Source: Dipteris shenzhenensis
Taxonomy: Eukaryota
Assembly: GCA_047967505.1 (NCBI GenBank)
Contig: CM106538.1
Strand: one strand, 5' to 3'
Length of the DNA: 64,000 bases
The notes under the pieces: model-generated
The model's database searches: none
The model's input: only the letters and a program-made list of their open reading frames with translations
What the model was told of the DNA's origin: nothing
In this document: piece by piece, positions 12,890 to 25,937 of the stretch
Numbering within the stretch: position 1 is the stretch's first letter
Layout of the letters: each line of letters begins with the position of its first letter
Made by a program: the position numbers and the translations under genes

Positions 12890-15800
12890 CTACGGTTCAA
12901 TCTCATCCTCAATGAGATCAACCCTTGCCAAACTATCTACTTCAAAATCCAAACAAGTGTTTAGATTTACAAATATATTCAACCCACTACTACTTGTGCC
13001 ACTCATGTGCTCATCGAAATCAACATCTCGAATGGTAGGCTCGTCCTCACGGGTAATGGCCTCAATATCTATATCTCCTATCTCATGATCATCCTCCTCT
13101 CTTGTATCATGGTCATCATCACGTCCATGGCCATGATCATCCTCCATATGCTCCATATTAGTAAATGTACTATACATCACTTTGGAACGTGGCATAATAG
13201 GTATGACATGCCACCATCTATTATTATTCACCATTGGTTGGTAGACAACCTAATTCAAACACAAATACAATCATGTTACTTTTCTTGCATCAAATATTTA
13301 AAAGCGAGTATTTTTATATGTGTGCATAGTACCTGTTCACATTGTTGCGGTAGTACTAGTGTGTCCTTCCTACTTTGCCAAAACTTTGTGGAGTCAATAG
13401 TTACAAAGCCACTTGCATGGCGTTTGATTGTTGCATTAGGGCCTCTTTCCACCACGTCCTTAAACCACTTTACATCCAAAACATACACAAAGAAGCGTCG
13501 AAAGTCAAGCATAATAATATCTTGGATTATGCCACAATAATCATCCATGGCTCCATTGGCTCCCTCAAAGCTAGCAATGATGCCGCAATCTTGTGTGTTT
13601 CTCTTATCATCAATCCGTTGTGTTCGAAAATGCTTGCCCTCACACCATATAGCATTGAACATAGTGCACTACACCAAGAAAAAATCAATTAAATAAGCAA
13701 TCTAAATTATTGAAAGCTCCTAACTTATGCATAACATTCTATATACCGACCTTGCTCATGCATCCCCTAGCATACTCCCATTCTTCCATTGTGATATGCA
13801 TCCCCTCGTATTTCTCTGCCTTCTCCATTTCATCAAGTAGCCAATCCACATGAATATCCTTTGGAAGTGCTCTTAGATACTGAGGGTATGGCACACGAGA
13901 TCCGTGGTCTGTACGAAAGAGGGCCCTTTCTTCTTGTCTTCTTGCCTTTGCATCCTCGTATCTTGTCACCCATCTTTTCATCACATCACTATTAAGCACG
14001 CAAAAGAGGTTGATACTATTATGCAACTCCGTGTCTATTACTTTGTTGTGTCCTTTCCCTTGAGGCACAATAGAGGTCATCCTTAGGTCTTCATCATCTC
14101 TCCATAGTCGTGGGAGAGAGCTATCCACATCAACAAGAAACTCAGAAATATATACAAGTGACTCTTGTACCAACCAACCCTCGGCCATGCTACCTTTGGG
14201 TCTTGCACTTTGTCTCACGAAGCCCTTCAAGGTCTTCATGAAGCGCTCCAGGAAGAACAACCATCGTGCATGTATAGTACCGCATATAGCAATCTCATCC
14301 ACCAAATGCACTATGAGATGTAGTTGGCTTGTGAGAATAGAATGTGGAAATGTCTCCTCCACTAAACAAACCACCTCCACTGACATAACTCGAGCATTCT
14401 CAAGCGTGGTGGGATCAATTTCCTTTGAGCTCACATACCTCACAAGCTCACCCATCTTGTAAATACAATCTTTCACGTCCTTCGATGCACTATGTGAAAT
14501 GCTAGTAGGTAGTATGAACTGAACTCGCGAGGAGGTGGTTGATTAGTTGCTTATAGCTATTCACTCACAAATTTGAAAGGAAAAAGATATTATGCACATC
14601 AAATACTTACTTGGAGCATCTTGTGCCAATCATGAGATTTCAAGCCATATAATTGCTCTACACCTCTTTTCTTGCTCTTTGTAAAGGCTCCCTTCAAACA
14701 CCTCATGCATCCAATGGGAGTACGAATTGTAGTAATAGCACGCTTCACCGTCGCCATCTCTAGCTTTGATAACATCCACGATGCACGACGTAAAAAAAAA
14801 CGTCCATTTGGTCTCTCTTGAGCCCAAGCTTCACGCATCCTCCCTGTGGTACGTAGATCCTCCCTTACGCCTGCCGAATCTCGTGTCCCATTCAATTGCT
14901 GGAATATGGTAAACGATAAAAGATGGAGTATCTAAACAAAATAAAGTGTTAGCATGCAATCTTTACTTTTAGCCAATATAGCCAATCTTTACTTCCAGCC
15001 AATAGTTACAAACCCTTACCGGCTCATGCCAAGTGGTGGAGGAGTCATGGAACCGTCCCAAATTCTCATCCAATCTCCCGCAGTGAGTGATTGTGGGAGG
15101 ACTTCATTCCAAGGGGCAACATATCTAGGATGATCAGGTGGGAGAAATCGATGGTGATTCTCATAGATGACCTTATTCAATGCGTCTGCCCGTGAGGCAA
15201 CTAGCGAAGGACCACAAACAGGACATGCATGGTAACCCAATATAGTGAGACCTGAACAATAGATGCAATTAAGAGTGAAAGGTGGCTTTAGGGTGCCACA
15301 TCCTTTGCCTATTCATAATTAAAAATGCAATGCTTACCTGAACACTCGCCATAGCCTGGGAAGTCATGCATCGTCCACATCAAGACTGCTTTGCAATTGA
15401 AGTCTCGTGATGAGGGAGGCCTGCTCACATCATGCACCTTGATACCTCTCCAAAGTATCTCTTGCTCATCAATCAAAGGCTCCAAATAAACATCAGGGTT
15501 TTTGACTTTATGTTTCCTTGGAATTAGAAGGGACAGCATGACATGTCCTTTCTTAATAGCCATAGAGGGTGGAAGATTGTAATTCACCAATACCACTAGC
15601 CATACACTATAAGACGTGCTTTTGAGACCAAATGGGTTCACACCGTCCATACCCAATCCAAGTCTCAAGCTCCTAGGTTCTTCCTTGAAGCTTGGCCATG
15701 TGTCTTCAATATGCTTCCACGCAGGAGAGTCCGCGGAAGTTCTCCACTTGCCATCGGTTGATCGATGGGAGGAATGCCATGACATGAGCTCTGCAATAGA

Positions 15801-16794
15801 TTTGCACTTGAACATATGTTGGATGCGAGGGATTATAGAAAAATGTCACAATACCTTATGAGGCACGTCCAAGGTTTTGAGATCTTCTCTATATCTTGCC
15901 TCTCCACAAGTAGGACACTCTCTTGCATCCTTATGTAGTCCACGAAACAAAACGCAATCGTTGACACATGCATGGATGCGCTTGTAATCTAATTCTCCAA
16001 GAGAGGTCACATGTTGCCTTGCCATATCTCGAGGTCAGTAGTTTATTCTCCCTTGGAAGCATTTTACACAATAGCCTGCACGTGAAGACCATAAATGCGG
16101 AAAAGCATTCGAGTAATTGACCCACTAGCATAATTCACCATGTTTGCAAAATCGACTTTAAAGCTTACTTGAGTAATGCATTCAAACTTGCATTGCTCCA
16201 TCCATAGATGGTTTGCAAGTTTAGTAACTCAAGGGAGGCACGTAGAATAGAGAATGTGCACCCCTCAAACAGTGGAGTCGATGCTGCAGTAAAAAGATCA
16301 TCCTACTCCATGCTATTATCCCTCCCTTGATGGACATATAAATCCCGCACCATATCATCAAACACCTCCTCCTCCACGGCTTCATGAGGTGATGGTGGAG
16401 GGCTACTATCACCATCACTCCATGCATCCATAATGGTCCCTCCTGAAGATCCCACCTCATATCGCCGACGCTTTGCCTCCTCACGGCGAGCATAGGGTAA
16501 CATATGCGGGTGTGGCACTACATCCTGTATCAAATTAAAATGGGATCATAACTCAAACATATGAACACCCATAGGTATCTCAATCAACCTTAACTTACAA
16601 ACCCTTACCCTATTTACGGTCACATCCTATTCTCCATACTTTGAGATATGATTGAGTGTAATTCTGCATGCACGATACATGTTTCCTCAACATCAATCAC
16701 ACAAACATTTGACTTTTTGCTCCAACCACATTTCGCGATGGTGGATACGGAGGGATTCATCCTCACTGGAGCTACTTGTTGAAGATGAAGACAT
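12890..16794 (-). pseudogene. En/Spm TnpD-type transposase of B2, disrupted
   Basis: Same exons as B1, including MFKCKSIAELMSWH...MDGVNPFG...LMWTMHDFPGYG, GYHACPVCG and the DUF4218-like ORF 13739-14476. A ~60-bp deletion near 14900 removes the LDPMHI motif. Confidence 0.92.
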
Positions 16795-17613
16795 CCTACA
16801 AACAAACAACCCAACAAATTTGCTCTTCTTCAAATGTTTAATTTAAACTCTGTGGTGCGTCTAACGGCGCGTCTAAAAGCACGTCTAAAATCGCGTCTAA
16901 AGGTGCATCTATAGGCGCGTCTACTCTGTGTATTTAGATGCGCCTATAGACGCGCTATTAGATGCGACTATAGACGTGGCTTTTAAGCCTGCTTTTTAGT
17001 GCGCCGCTCGCTTTGCTTTTCTTCACCTTACTTATACTTCGCGCAGCTTGCTTCCTTCCTTATTAGCAAATCCATAGTTTTGATGCTTAAGAGGAAGGCT
17101 CCCATACTTACTTCCAAGCTTACACTCAAGAGAAAGGCACCCACACTTACTTCTACGCTTAAAGGAGAGGAGGACGAACAAGGAGGAGAAGCAACTTTGA
17201 AAAAGAAAGAAGAACCTTCCATACCTCTATCCAAGTAAGTCTTTTTGCAATTGATCTTGTTTGGAAGTTTGCTCTCTCTAGATTTGTACTTTCTCGTATC
17301 CAAGAAGCGCATGATCTGGGTATCAGTGTCACGTTTTTGTGTCGGGCGCAATGTCCTTTTCTACTTTTTAGAAATCTCGTCTGTCAGAGCGCGTGTATAG
17401 GCACGTCCTAGAGCGCATCTAAAAGCATGTCTACAGGCGCGTCTAATCGTGCATCTGGCCTGTTAGACACTGTGTTAGAAGAGTTGTTAGACGCGTCTAT
17501 AGATGCGTAAATCAGACGCATCTATAGATGCGCTCTGACAGTAAGCCTCTCTTTTCTTCCCCTTTCTTCTCAGCTCATCAGTAATAAATTTTTTTCCTTT
17601 TTTCCAGTTCAAC

Positions 17614-19080
17614 ATGTGGCCAGGAAGCGTTCCAGCTCACCTGATCCCTGGGAATCTATTTGGAAGGACTTATATAACCTTTTAGGGCACCCTCCTAGTC
17701 CCGCGGAGTTATACGGGTATATGACGGGTACTCTAAACACTCCCCAGGAGTCAGCACTACAGACTCCAAGCCACCCCACACCGCCTAAGATCACCCCAGC
17801 GGACTCAGCACAGCCGTCTTATGCCCCTTCTTATGCCCCTTCCCCCGTACTGTCTTATGTCCCTTCCCCCATGCCATCTTATGTCCCTTCTGCCATCCCG
17901 TCTTATGCCCCTTCCCCCATGCCGTCAGGAGGTCCTTCTGTCTCGCAGAGCTGTCGACATACTCCTGTGCCGTCGAGACTCGGTTCTCCAGCTACGACTG
18001 GTCAGCGTAGTCATGTGCAGTCTCCAGCTACGAGTGGCCACCGTACGAGCTCGACACGACAGGGTAGCAGGCGTAGTAGCAGGGAGAGCGGTGGGGGATG
18101 CATGGCACAGTGCTTTGGGCCATGTGGCGGTGGGGAGGATGATGATTCAGATGATTTAGACGTGCCTCTGGGTGATGGTACGATTTATAATGACATCACT
18201 CAGATAGGAGGCATCTTGATGGATGCGCGGGGAAAGGACATCATGGCCTTCATGTGCTCTGTAATTGCTAATAATTACAAAGATTGCTTTATCCACTACA
18301 AAGACCACCCAAAGAGGTTGGCTAATGAGACCCTCGCTATTGTTCGCTCTAGGTATCCTAACCCCCCCAATCGCCAGCTCACAGATAAATGGGCCAAGTC
18401 AAAGATTGTTATGATACTTGGCAATAAAAGATCTTCGCTGAAGAGGCAGGCACTAGCGGAGCTTGCCAGGCTTAAGGCAGGTCAACCACCAAGGGGCCCG
18501 CCCCACACCACTCACAAGCGTGAGTTGAAGAAGGCAATGAAGTCAGCGAGGGAGGACCCCAGTCTGCAGCATGTAGAGGCACGGAGTATCCAGATGGAGG
18601 AATATGGAAGCACGCATTTTGGAGCAGGGGGTGTTGAATCATGGGAGGCCCAATTTGTAAGTATCGATCTCAAATTATATTGCTTATGTAGTTTATTAGG
18701 AGGTTTTTTCTTTGTACTAATCCCTCCGGAAAGTGTGTCGCAGTCATGTAGCTTGAGATCGTGGGCAGATACCCTACTCCTATGGAGACAGCCTACCACC
18801 GCCACCATCGCAGAGGAGATACATGGAGGCACTTCTATGATGACGGGTTAATTACTGAGGAGCAGTATACCCGAGCTACTGGAGTGGCCCCCAAGGTATT
18901 TGAAAGTAATTAAATAATGCCAAAATTATAAGTAAAGATTTGATTTTTCATACATTGATATATGTTGTCCCTTGTTTACAGGCCCGTGCACAAGACGATG
19001 AGGAAGAGGAGGAAGGAGGCACAGAAGGGAGCGCAGAAGGGAGCGTGGAAGGGAGCAAGGACCTGGAGAACATAGATTAG
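17614..19080 (+). pseudogene. TnpA-like gene of B2 (best-preserved copy)
   Basis: Long open exon up to the GTAAGT donor at ~18657, a middle exon to ~18893, and a last exon 18981-19080 (ARAQDDEEEEEGG...ENID*). A 1-bp deletion near the ATG relative to B5 and an altered acceptor are present. A possible upstream exon ends at ~17234. Confidence 0.8.
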
Positions 19081-19663
19081 TCATACAAGTAGTGCTAGCT
19101 ACTCTTTTTTGTACTTAAAGCCACTAGCTTGGCTTTGTGCCTCTTGTATATACACTCCTCTTATTTTTTGTACTTGAAGCCACATGACATGGCTTAGCTT
19201 CATGCTATATGTATATACAAGCACTTTTTGAGCTTTCAATTTTATTGTGTTTTGGAGTTGTAATGTTTTATTTGGAATTGTAATTAAAATGCGGTTGGCT
19301 GTAAGAATTGAATTACACAATGTGGATATGGGATTCTTGTAACTATTAGCATACACAACATACACAGCATTCTGTAAAATTTTTTTTTAAAAAAATAAAG
19401 CGCGTCTATCAGTGCGTTTAAAAGCGCGTTTATATATGCGTCTGTCTATTCGACTTACTTCTATATGTGCCTCTATAAACGTGTTTATAAGCACGTCTAT
19501 TTATTTGTCTAAGTGCACGTCTATACGCACGTGTGTCTGATATATAGACGCTTAATTAGACGTGGGTCTCTAGATGCGCAAATAGACGCACCCGTAAGTT
19601 TTTTATTTAGTTCATGAAACGCATCTGTGCGCGCATATATGGGTGCTTTGTCTTGTTGTGGGA

Positions 19664-19916
19664 GGCACTTCTATGATGACAGGTTGATTACTGAGGAGCA
19701 GTATACCCGGGCTACTGGAGCGGCCCCCGAGGTATTTGAAAGTAATTAAATAATGCCAAAATTATAAGTAAGGATTTGATTTTTCATACCTTGATATATA
19801 TTGTCCCTTGTTTACAGGCCCATGCACAAGACGACGAGGAAGACGAGGAAGGAGGTGTAGAAGGGAGCGCAGAAGGGAGCGTGGAAGGGAGCGAGCACCT
19901 GGAGAACATAGATTAG
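19664..19916 (+). pseudogene. TnpA-like gene of B1, 3' exons after the B2 insertion
   Basis: Continues exactly where 12434 broke off (GGCACTTCTATGATGAC...), followed by an intron and an acidic last exon ending GATTAG. Confidence 0.85.
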
Positions 19917-21239
19917 TCATAGAAGTAGTGCTAGCTACTCTTCTTTGTACTTAAAGCCATTGGCTTGTCTTCGTGCCTCTTGTATATACACTCCTCTTAT
20001 TTTTTGTACTTGAAGCCACATGACGTGGCTTAGCTTTCTTATTTTTTGTACTTGAAGCCACATGATGTGGCTTAGCTTCATGCTATATGTATATACAAGC
20101 ACTTTTTGAGCTTTCAATTTTATTGCGTTTTGGAGTTGTAATGTTTTATTTGGAATTGTAATTAAAATGCATTCTGTAATTAAAAATATATATATAATAA
20201 AGCGCATCTATCAGTGCGTCTATAAACGCATCTATATACGCGTCTGTCTATTCGACAAGCATCTATTTTTGCATCTATAAATGCGTTTATAAGAGCGTCT
20301 ATTTAAGCATCTAAATGCACGTCTATATGTGCGTGTATCTGCTATATAGACATGGTGGTAGATGCAGGTCTCCAGACGCGCAAATAGACATGCCCGTAAG
20401 TTTTTTATTTAGTTCGGTAAACGCGTTTGTGTGCGTGTCTATGGGTGCTTTGTCTTATTGTGACGTTACAATGTTTTAAAAAGAGTCTACAAAATAATAT
20501 GCGCTACAAAATCCCAAGAGTGCCGAAGTTCAAAATGGCAAATCGGATGAAGTATTGTGCTACAAAATAGCAAAAGTGCCAAAATAAAAAATGACAAAAT
20601 GTCCTATCCTACTAGTACTCGTCCTCCAAACTCTCCTTGCCCTCGTGATCTTTGCATAGTCTTGATCCCTCTCCCTCCTTCGAATCTTCTTCTTGAGATC
20701 CATTCTCCAAGTTTGGATCTTTGGATGGGTTGAAGTCAAAGTTGTGTCTCTAAGAACGAAACAAGTTAGAAAAGATAAGAGTGTCAATTGTAAGACAACG
20801 ATGATACTCATATGATAATGATGATGATTAGGATATAGTCACATGGTGCTCCACCACCTTTTTCCAATCAATTCTACATCCTTCTTGCTCCTACACCCCC
20901 ACTCAAACAAGGATAACCATATGCCAATTTGAATGATACAATGTAATGTTGGATGATAGAGTGCAAATTGCATGTGGATAGTACAAGGGCATAAGACAAG
21001 CACTTGTCGATAGTACAGTGCAAAGTATAGGCACTATGATTGGTGCATGATACAGTGCAAAGTATGTGTGAAAAATAGAAAAATATTTCTGGAAATCTCA
21101 ACTTGTTTGACATAGTGATGATGCTTAATCAGGGCTTGAGATATTTAAGTTCGATGTTTGAGCTCTTCATCTGAATAGTAGAGCTTGTTGTCTCCAAGTT
21201 CAATCTGGTCAAACCTCCTCAAACCTTTATAATCATGTC

Positions 21240-22976
21240 TTCATGTTTTGCACAACTCATCCACATAAAATGACGGATTTCATGGAGCGTATATGAACAC
21301 AACAAATATTCAAGTGTCCGTTTCTATTGTACCAAGGATGAATGTATGAGGAAATTGCTTCGGTCACTCCAAAGATGAGTATGGAGGGGCGATTTGAACA
21401 CAAAGGTAGGTCTAAAATGTCTCTTGGGTAGTGTAAGAAAGCTGTAGCAACACAATAGGAAGGCCCATAAAGTTCCTACAAATCAAGAACCAATAATCCA
21501 AAAATACAACGAGCATTCGGGCGTCCTGAAGTATCAGATTTGATATGTACATAAAGCCAAGGTTGAAATGTCGCTTACGTAGTGTAAGAAAGCCATAGCA
21601 ACACAACAAAAAGGCCCATAATGATCTTGCAAATCAAGAACGAATATTCTAGAAACACAATGAGCATCTGGACATCTGAAAGTATCGAACAATTGAGCAT
21701 CCCTGAAGTATCGAACAACTAGGTAGCCGGAAGTACCGAACATCTGAAAATATGAGCCCATAATGATCCTACAAATCAAGACCCAATAATCTAGAAACAC
21801 AATGAGCATCCACACTTTCAAAAGTACCAAACAATTGAGCATCCCAGAAGTACTAAACAACCGGGCCATCGGAAGTACTGAACAACCGGAAATACGAACA
21901 ATTGGGCATCCCAGAAGTACCAAACAACTGGACAGCCAGAAGTATCAAACAACAAAAAATACAACGAGAATAAGCCACACACATATGACAAGAGGCAAGC
22001 TTGTGTGGATTAGACACAACTTACATAATCATAGCAGGAATGAAATAACAATCTCTTTGCATTTGACAGTATCGAACAATCGGAAAGACGAGCATCCAAG
22101 ATTACAAAGAACATCCAGAAGTAAGCAAGAAAATGGGCATCCGAGAACGGTGATCACACCCAAACAAGTACTCAACAGTAATGCATATATGCCACATCCA
22201 AATGAGTACTTAAAATATAATCCATACGTGCCATGTCCAAACGAGTACTCAAGAAGTAATCCATATGTATTCATCTGAAAGAGGCACATCCAGACGAGTA
22301 ATCAGTAATTATGTGTCACATCCAAATGAGGAATCAGTAATAATCCATGTACCATGTCTAGATGAGTACTCAAGTAGTTAGCCATATGCCACGTCCAAAT
22401 AAGTACTCAAACAATTATCCATATGTGTTCATAATTATTGTCATGTGAAAGACATTGAACCTTGCCATGTTGAAACGAGTATGCAATGAGTAATCCATAG
22501 ATGCCACGGCCAAACCAATACTCTTTAAGTCAGCCATAGGTGTTTATCATGAAAGACATATAAGTATACCTCACCATATAAACGAGTAAGTATACCTCAC
22601 CACATATAAGTATACCTCACTAAATGAGGACTTAGTAATAATCCATGTAGCACATCCAGATGAGTAAATATGTGTCACATCCAAACGAGGAGTCAGTAAT
22701 AATCCATGTACCATGTCTGGAGGAGTACTCAAGACGTTAGCCATATGCCATGTCCAAATAAGTACTCAAACAATTATCCATATGTGTTCATAAATATTGT
22801 CATGTGAAAGACATTGAACCCTGCCACGTTGAAACGAGTATGCAATGAGTAATCCATAGATGCCACGGCCAAACCAATACTCTTTAAGTCAGCCATAGGT
22901 GTTCATCATGAAAGACATATAAGTATTCCTCACCACATAAACGGTGAAATAAAAGTATGCCTTTGCTTGAACCAAT
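21240..22976. repeat. Family C dispersed repeat, copy C1 left part, with ~21-bp (CCAGAAGTACCGAACAATTGAGCAT-like) and ~42-58-bp (CACATCCAAACGAGTACTCAA-like) tandem arrays
   Basis: Collinear with 39476-40400 and 47656-49020, and inverted at 30830-31730. Confidence 0.85.
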
Positions 22977-23625
22977 CACAACAAGACAAAGCACCCACAG
23001 ACGCGCACACAGACGCATTTACTGAACTTAAAAAAAAACTTACGAGCGCGTCTATTTGTGTGTCTATTTCTGCGTCTAGAGACCCGTGTCTAACAACACG
23101 TCTATATAGCAGACAAACGTGCATATAGATGCGTAAATAGATGCTCTGCTAAAAAATTTAAAAGACAAACAGACGCATCGTTAAACGCGTGTATAGACAC
23201 ATTTATAAACGGTTTAATAGATGCGTTTATAGACGTGCAAATAGACGCTTCTCGAACAGACAGACGCTTATATACACGTGTTTATAGATGCACTGATAGA
23301 CGCTCTACATAATATGTTTTTTTTAATTTACAGAATGCTGTGTATGTTGTGTATGCTATATAGTTACAAGAATCCCATTTCCACATTGTGTAATTCAATT
23401 CTTACAGCCAACCGCATTTTAATTACAATTCCAAATAAAACATTACAACTCCAAAACGCAATAAAATTGAAAGCTCAAAAAGTGCTTGTATGTACATATA
23501 GCATGAAGCTAAGCCACGTCATGTGGCTTCAAGTACAAAAAATAAGAGGAGTGTATATACAATAGGCACGAAGCCAAGCCAGTGGCTTTAAGTACAAAAA
23601 AGATTAGCTAGCACTACTTCTACGA

Positions 23626-25119
23626 CTAATGTATGTTCTCCACGTCCTTGCTCCCTTCCACGCTCCCTTTTGCGCTCCCTTCTGTGCTCCCTTCTCCGCC
23701 TCCTTCCTCGTGTTCTTGTGTAGGGACCTACAAACAAGGGACAATTACATATATCAATGTATGAAAAATCAAATCTTTACTTATAATATTAACATTATTT
23801 AATTACTTTCAAATACCTCGGGGGCCGCTCCAGTAGCCCGGATATACTGCTCCTCAATAATCAACCCATCATGATAGAAGTGCTTCCATGTATCTCCTCT
23901 GTGATGGTGGGGGTGGTAGGCTATCTCGACAGGAGTAGGGTATCTCCCACGATATCAAGCTACAAGACGACACAATTTGTGGAGGGGTTAGTATAAAGAA
24001 ACAACCTCCTAATAAACTACATAAGCAATATAATTTGAGATTGATACTTACAAATTGGGCCTCCCATGATTCAACACCCCCTACTCCAAAATGCATGCTT
24101 TCATATTGCTCCATCTAGATCCTTCGTGCCTCCACATGCTGCAGACTGGGGTCCTCCCTGGCTGACTTCATTGCTTTCTTCCACTCACGCTTGTGAGCGG
24201 TGTGGGGTGGGCCCCTTGGTGGTTGACCTCCCTCGAGCCTGGCAAGCTCTGCTAGTGCCTGCCTCTTAAGCAAAGATCTTTTATTGCCAAGTATCGTAAC
24301 AATCTTTGACTTGGCCCATTTATCTGTGAACTAACGATTGGGGGGGTTAGGATACCTAGAGCGAACAGCAGCGAGGGTCTCATCAGCCAACCTCTTTGGC
24401 TGGTCTTTGTAACTGATAAAGCAATCTCTGTAATTGTTAGCAATTACAGAGCGCATGAAGGCCATGATGTCCTTCCCCCGTGCATCCATCAAGATGCCTC
24501 CTATCTGAGTGATGTCATAGAATATCGTACCATCACCTGGAGGCACATCTAAATCATCTGAATCATCATCGTCCCCGCCACCATCCCTCCCAAAGCACTG
24601 TGGCATGCATCCCCCATCACTCTCCCTGCTACTACACCTGCTACCATGTCATGTCGAGCTAGTACGCTGGCCACTCGTAGCTGGAGATTGCACGAGACTA
24701 TGTGGACCACTCGTAGCTGGAGAACCGAGTCTTGATTGCACAAGAGTACGCTGACGGCTCTGCGAGACAGAAGGACCTCCTGACGGCATGGGGGAAGGGG
24801 CATAAGACGGCATGGCAGAAGGGGCATAAGACGGCATGGGGGAAGGGGCATAAGACGGCATGGGGGAAGGGGCATAAGATGGCATGGGAGAAGGGCCTCG
24901 GCTGTGTAGCCGGCTGGGCTATGCTGACTCCGCTGGGGTAATCTCAGCTGGTGTGGGGTGGTTTGGAGTCTGTAGTGCCGACTCCTGGGGGGTGTTTAGA
25001 GTACCCGTCATATACCCGTATAACTTCGCAGGACTAGGAGGGTGCCCTAAAAGGTTATATAAGTCCCTAAAAATAGACTCCTGGAGATCAGGTGAGCCCG
25101 AAGAGCTTGCTGGCCATAT
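23626..25119 (-). pseudogene. TnpA-like gene of B3
   Basis: Reverse-strand copy with PSYAPSPM repeats, RYPNPPNR* and HFGVGGVESWEAQF; contains stops. Confidence 0.8.
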
Positions 25120-25937
25120 GATGAACTAGAAAAAAGATAAAAAGATGATTACTGATGAGCTGAGAAGAAAGAGGAAGGGAAGAAAAGATTACTGTCGGAG
25201 TGCGTCTATAGACGCATCTGAGAAGCGCATCTATTTTTGCATATAACAGTGCGTCTATAGATGCGGCTGTCTGTGTCTGCAAACAGGCTAGACGCGCCTG
25301 TAGATGCGGTTTTAGACACACTCTGAGACGCGCCTATAGATGCGCTCTGACAGATAGACTTTTCTAAAAAGTAGAAAAGGACATGCGCTCAACACAAAAA
25401 TGTAACACTGATACCAAAATCATGCATTTCTTGGATACGACAAAGTAGAAATCCAAAGGGAGCAAACTTCCAAAAAAGATCAACTGTAAAAAGACTTACC
25501 TTGGATAGAGGTATGGAAGCTTCTTCTCCTTTTTCAAAGTTGCTTCTCTTCCTTGTTCACCCTCTTCTCCTTTAAGCTTGGAAGTAAGTGTGGGTGCCTT
25601 CCTCTTAAGCATCGAAACTGTGGATCTGCTAATAGCAAAGCAGCCGCATGAAGTATAAGTAATGTGAAGAAAAGCAAAGGGAGCACGCTTAAAGCAGATT
25701 TAAAAACCGCATCTATAGGCGCGTCTAATAGCACGTTTATACACGCATCTAAATACATAGAGCAGACGTGATTTTAGATGCACTTGTAGACACGTACCAC
25801 ATAACAGACAGACGCGGTTTTAGATGCGCTTGTAGACATGCACCACAGAACAGGAAAACATGGTTTTAGATGCGCCACAGAGTTTAAAATTAAATATTTG
25901 AAGAAAAGCAATTTTTTTTGGGTTGTTTGTTTGTAGG

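Larger units (their letters stand above)
12435..19660. mobile_element. Family B copy B2 (7226 bp), both ends intact, nested in B1
   Basis: TIRs CACAACAACACAAAGCA ... TGCTTTGTCTTGTTGTG (16/17 match). Perfect GGA TSD at 12432-12434 and 19661-19663. The uninterrupted site GATACATGGAGGCACTT is seen at ~18818-18834 and ~46815-46831. Confidence 0.95.
6237..20462. mobile_element. CMC/En-Spm family B copy B1 (~7.0 kb without the nested copy), CACAA-type termini
   Basis: Left end CAAAACAACACAAAGCA (one mismatch to the CACAAC consensus); right end TGCTTTGTCTTATTGTG. Flanks are ATG (6234-6236) and ACG (20463-20465), a 3-bp TSD with one CpG transition. Transposase on -, TnpA-like gene on +. Confidence 0.9.

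Noticed and set aside
21400-22930. CRISPR-like look of the family C periodic repeats
   Set aside because: Units are degenerate tandem repeats without unique spacers, there are no cas genes, and the context is eukaryotic.
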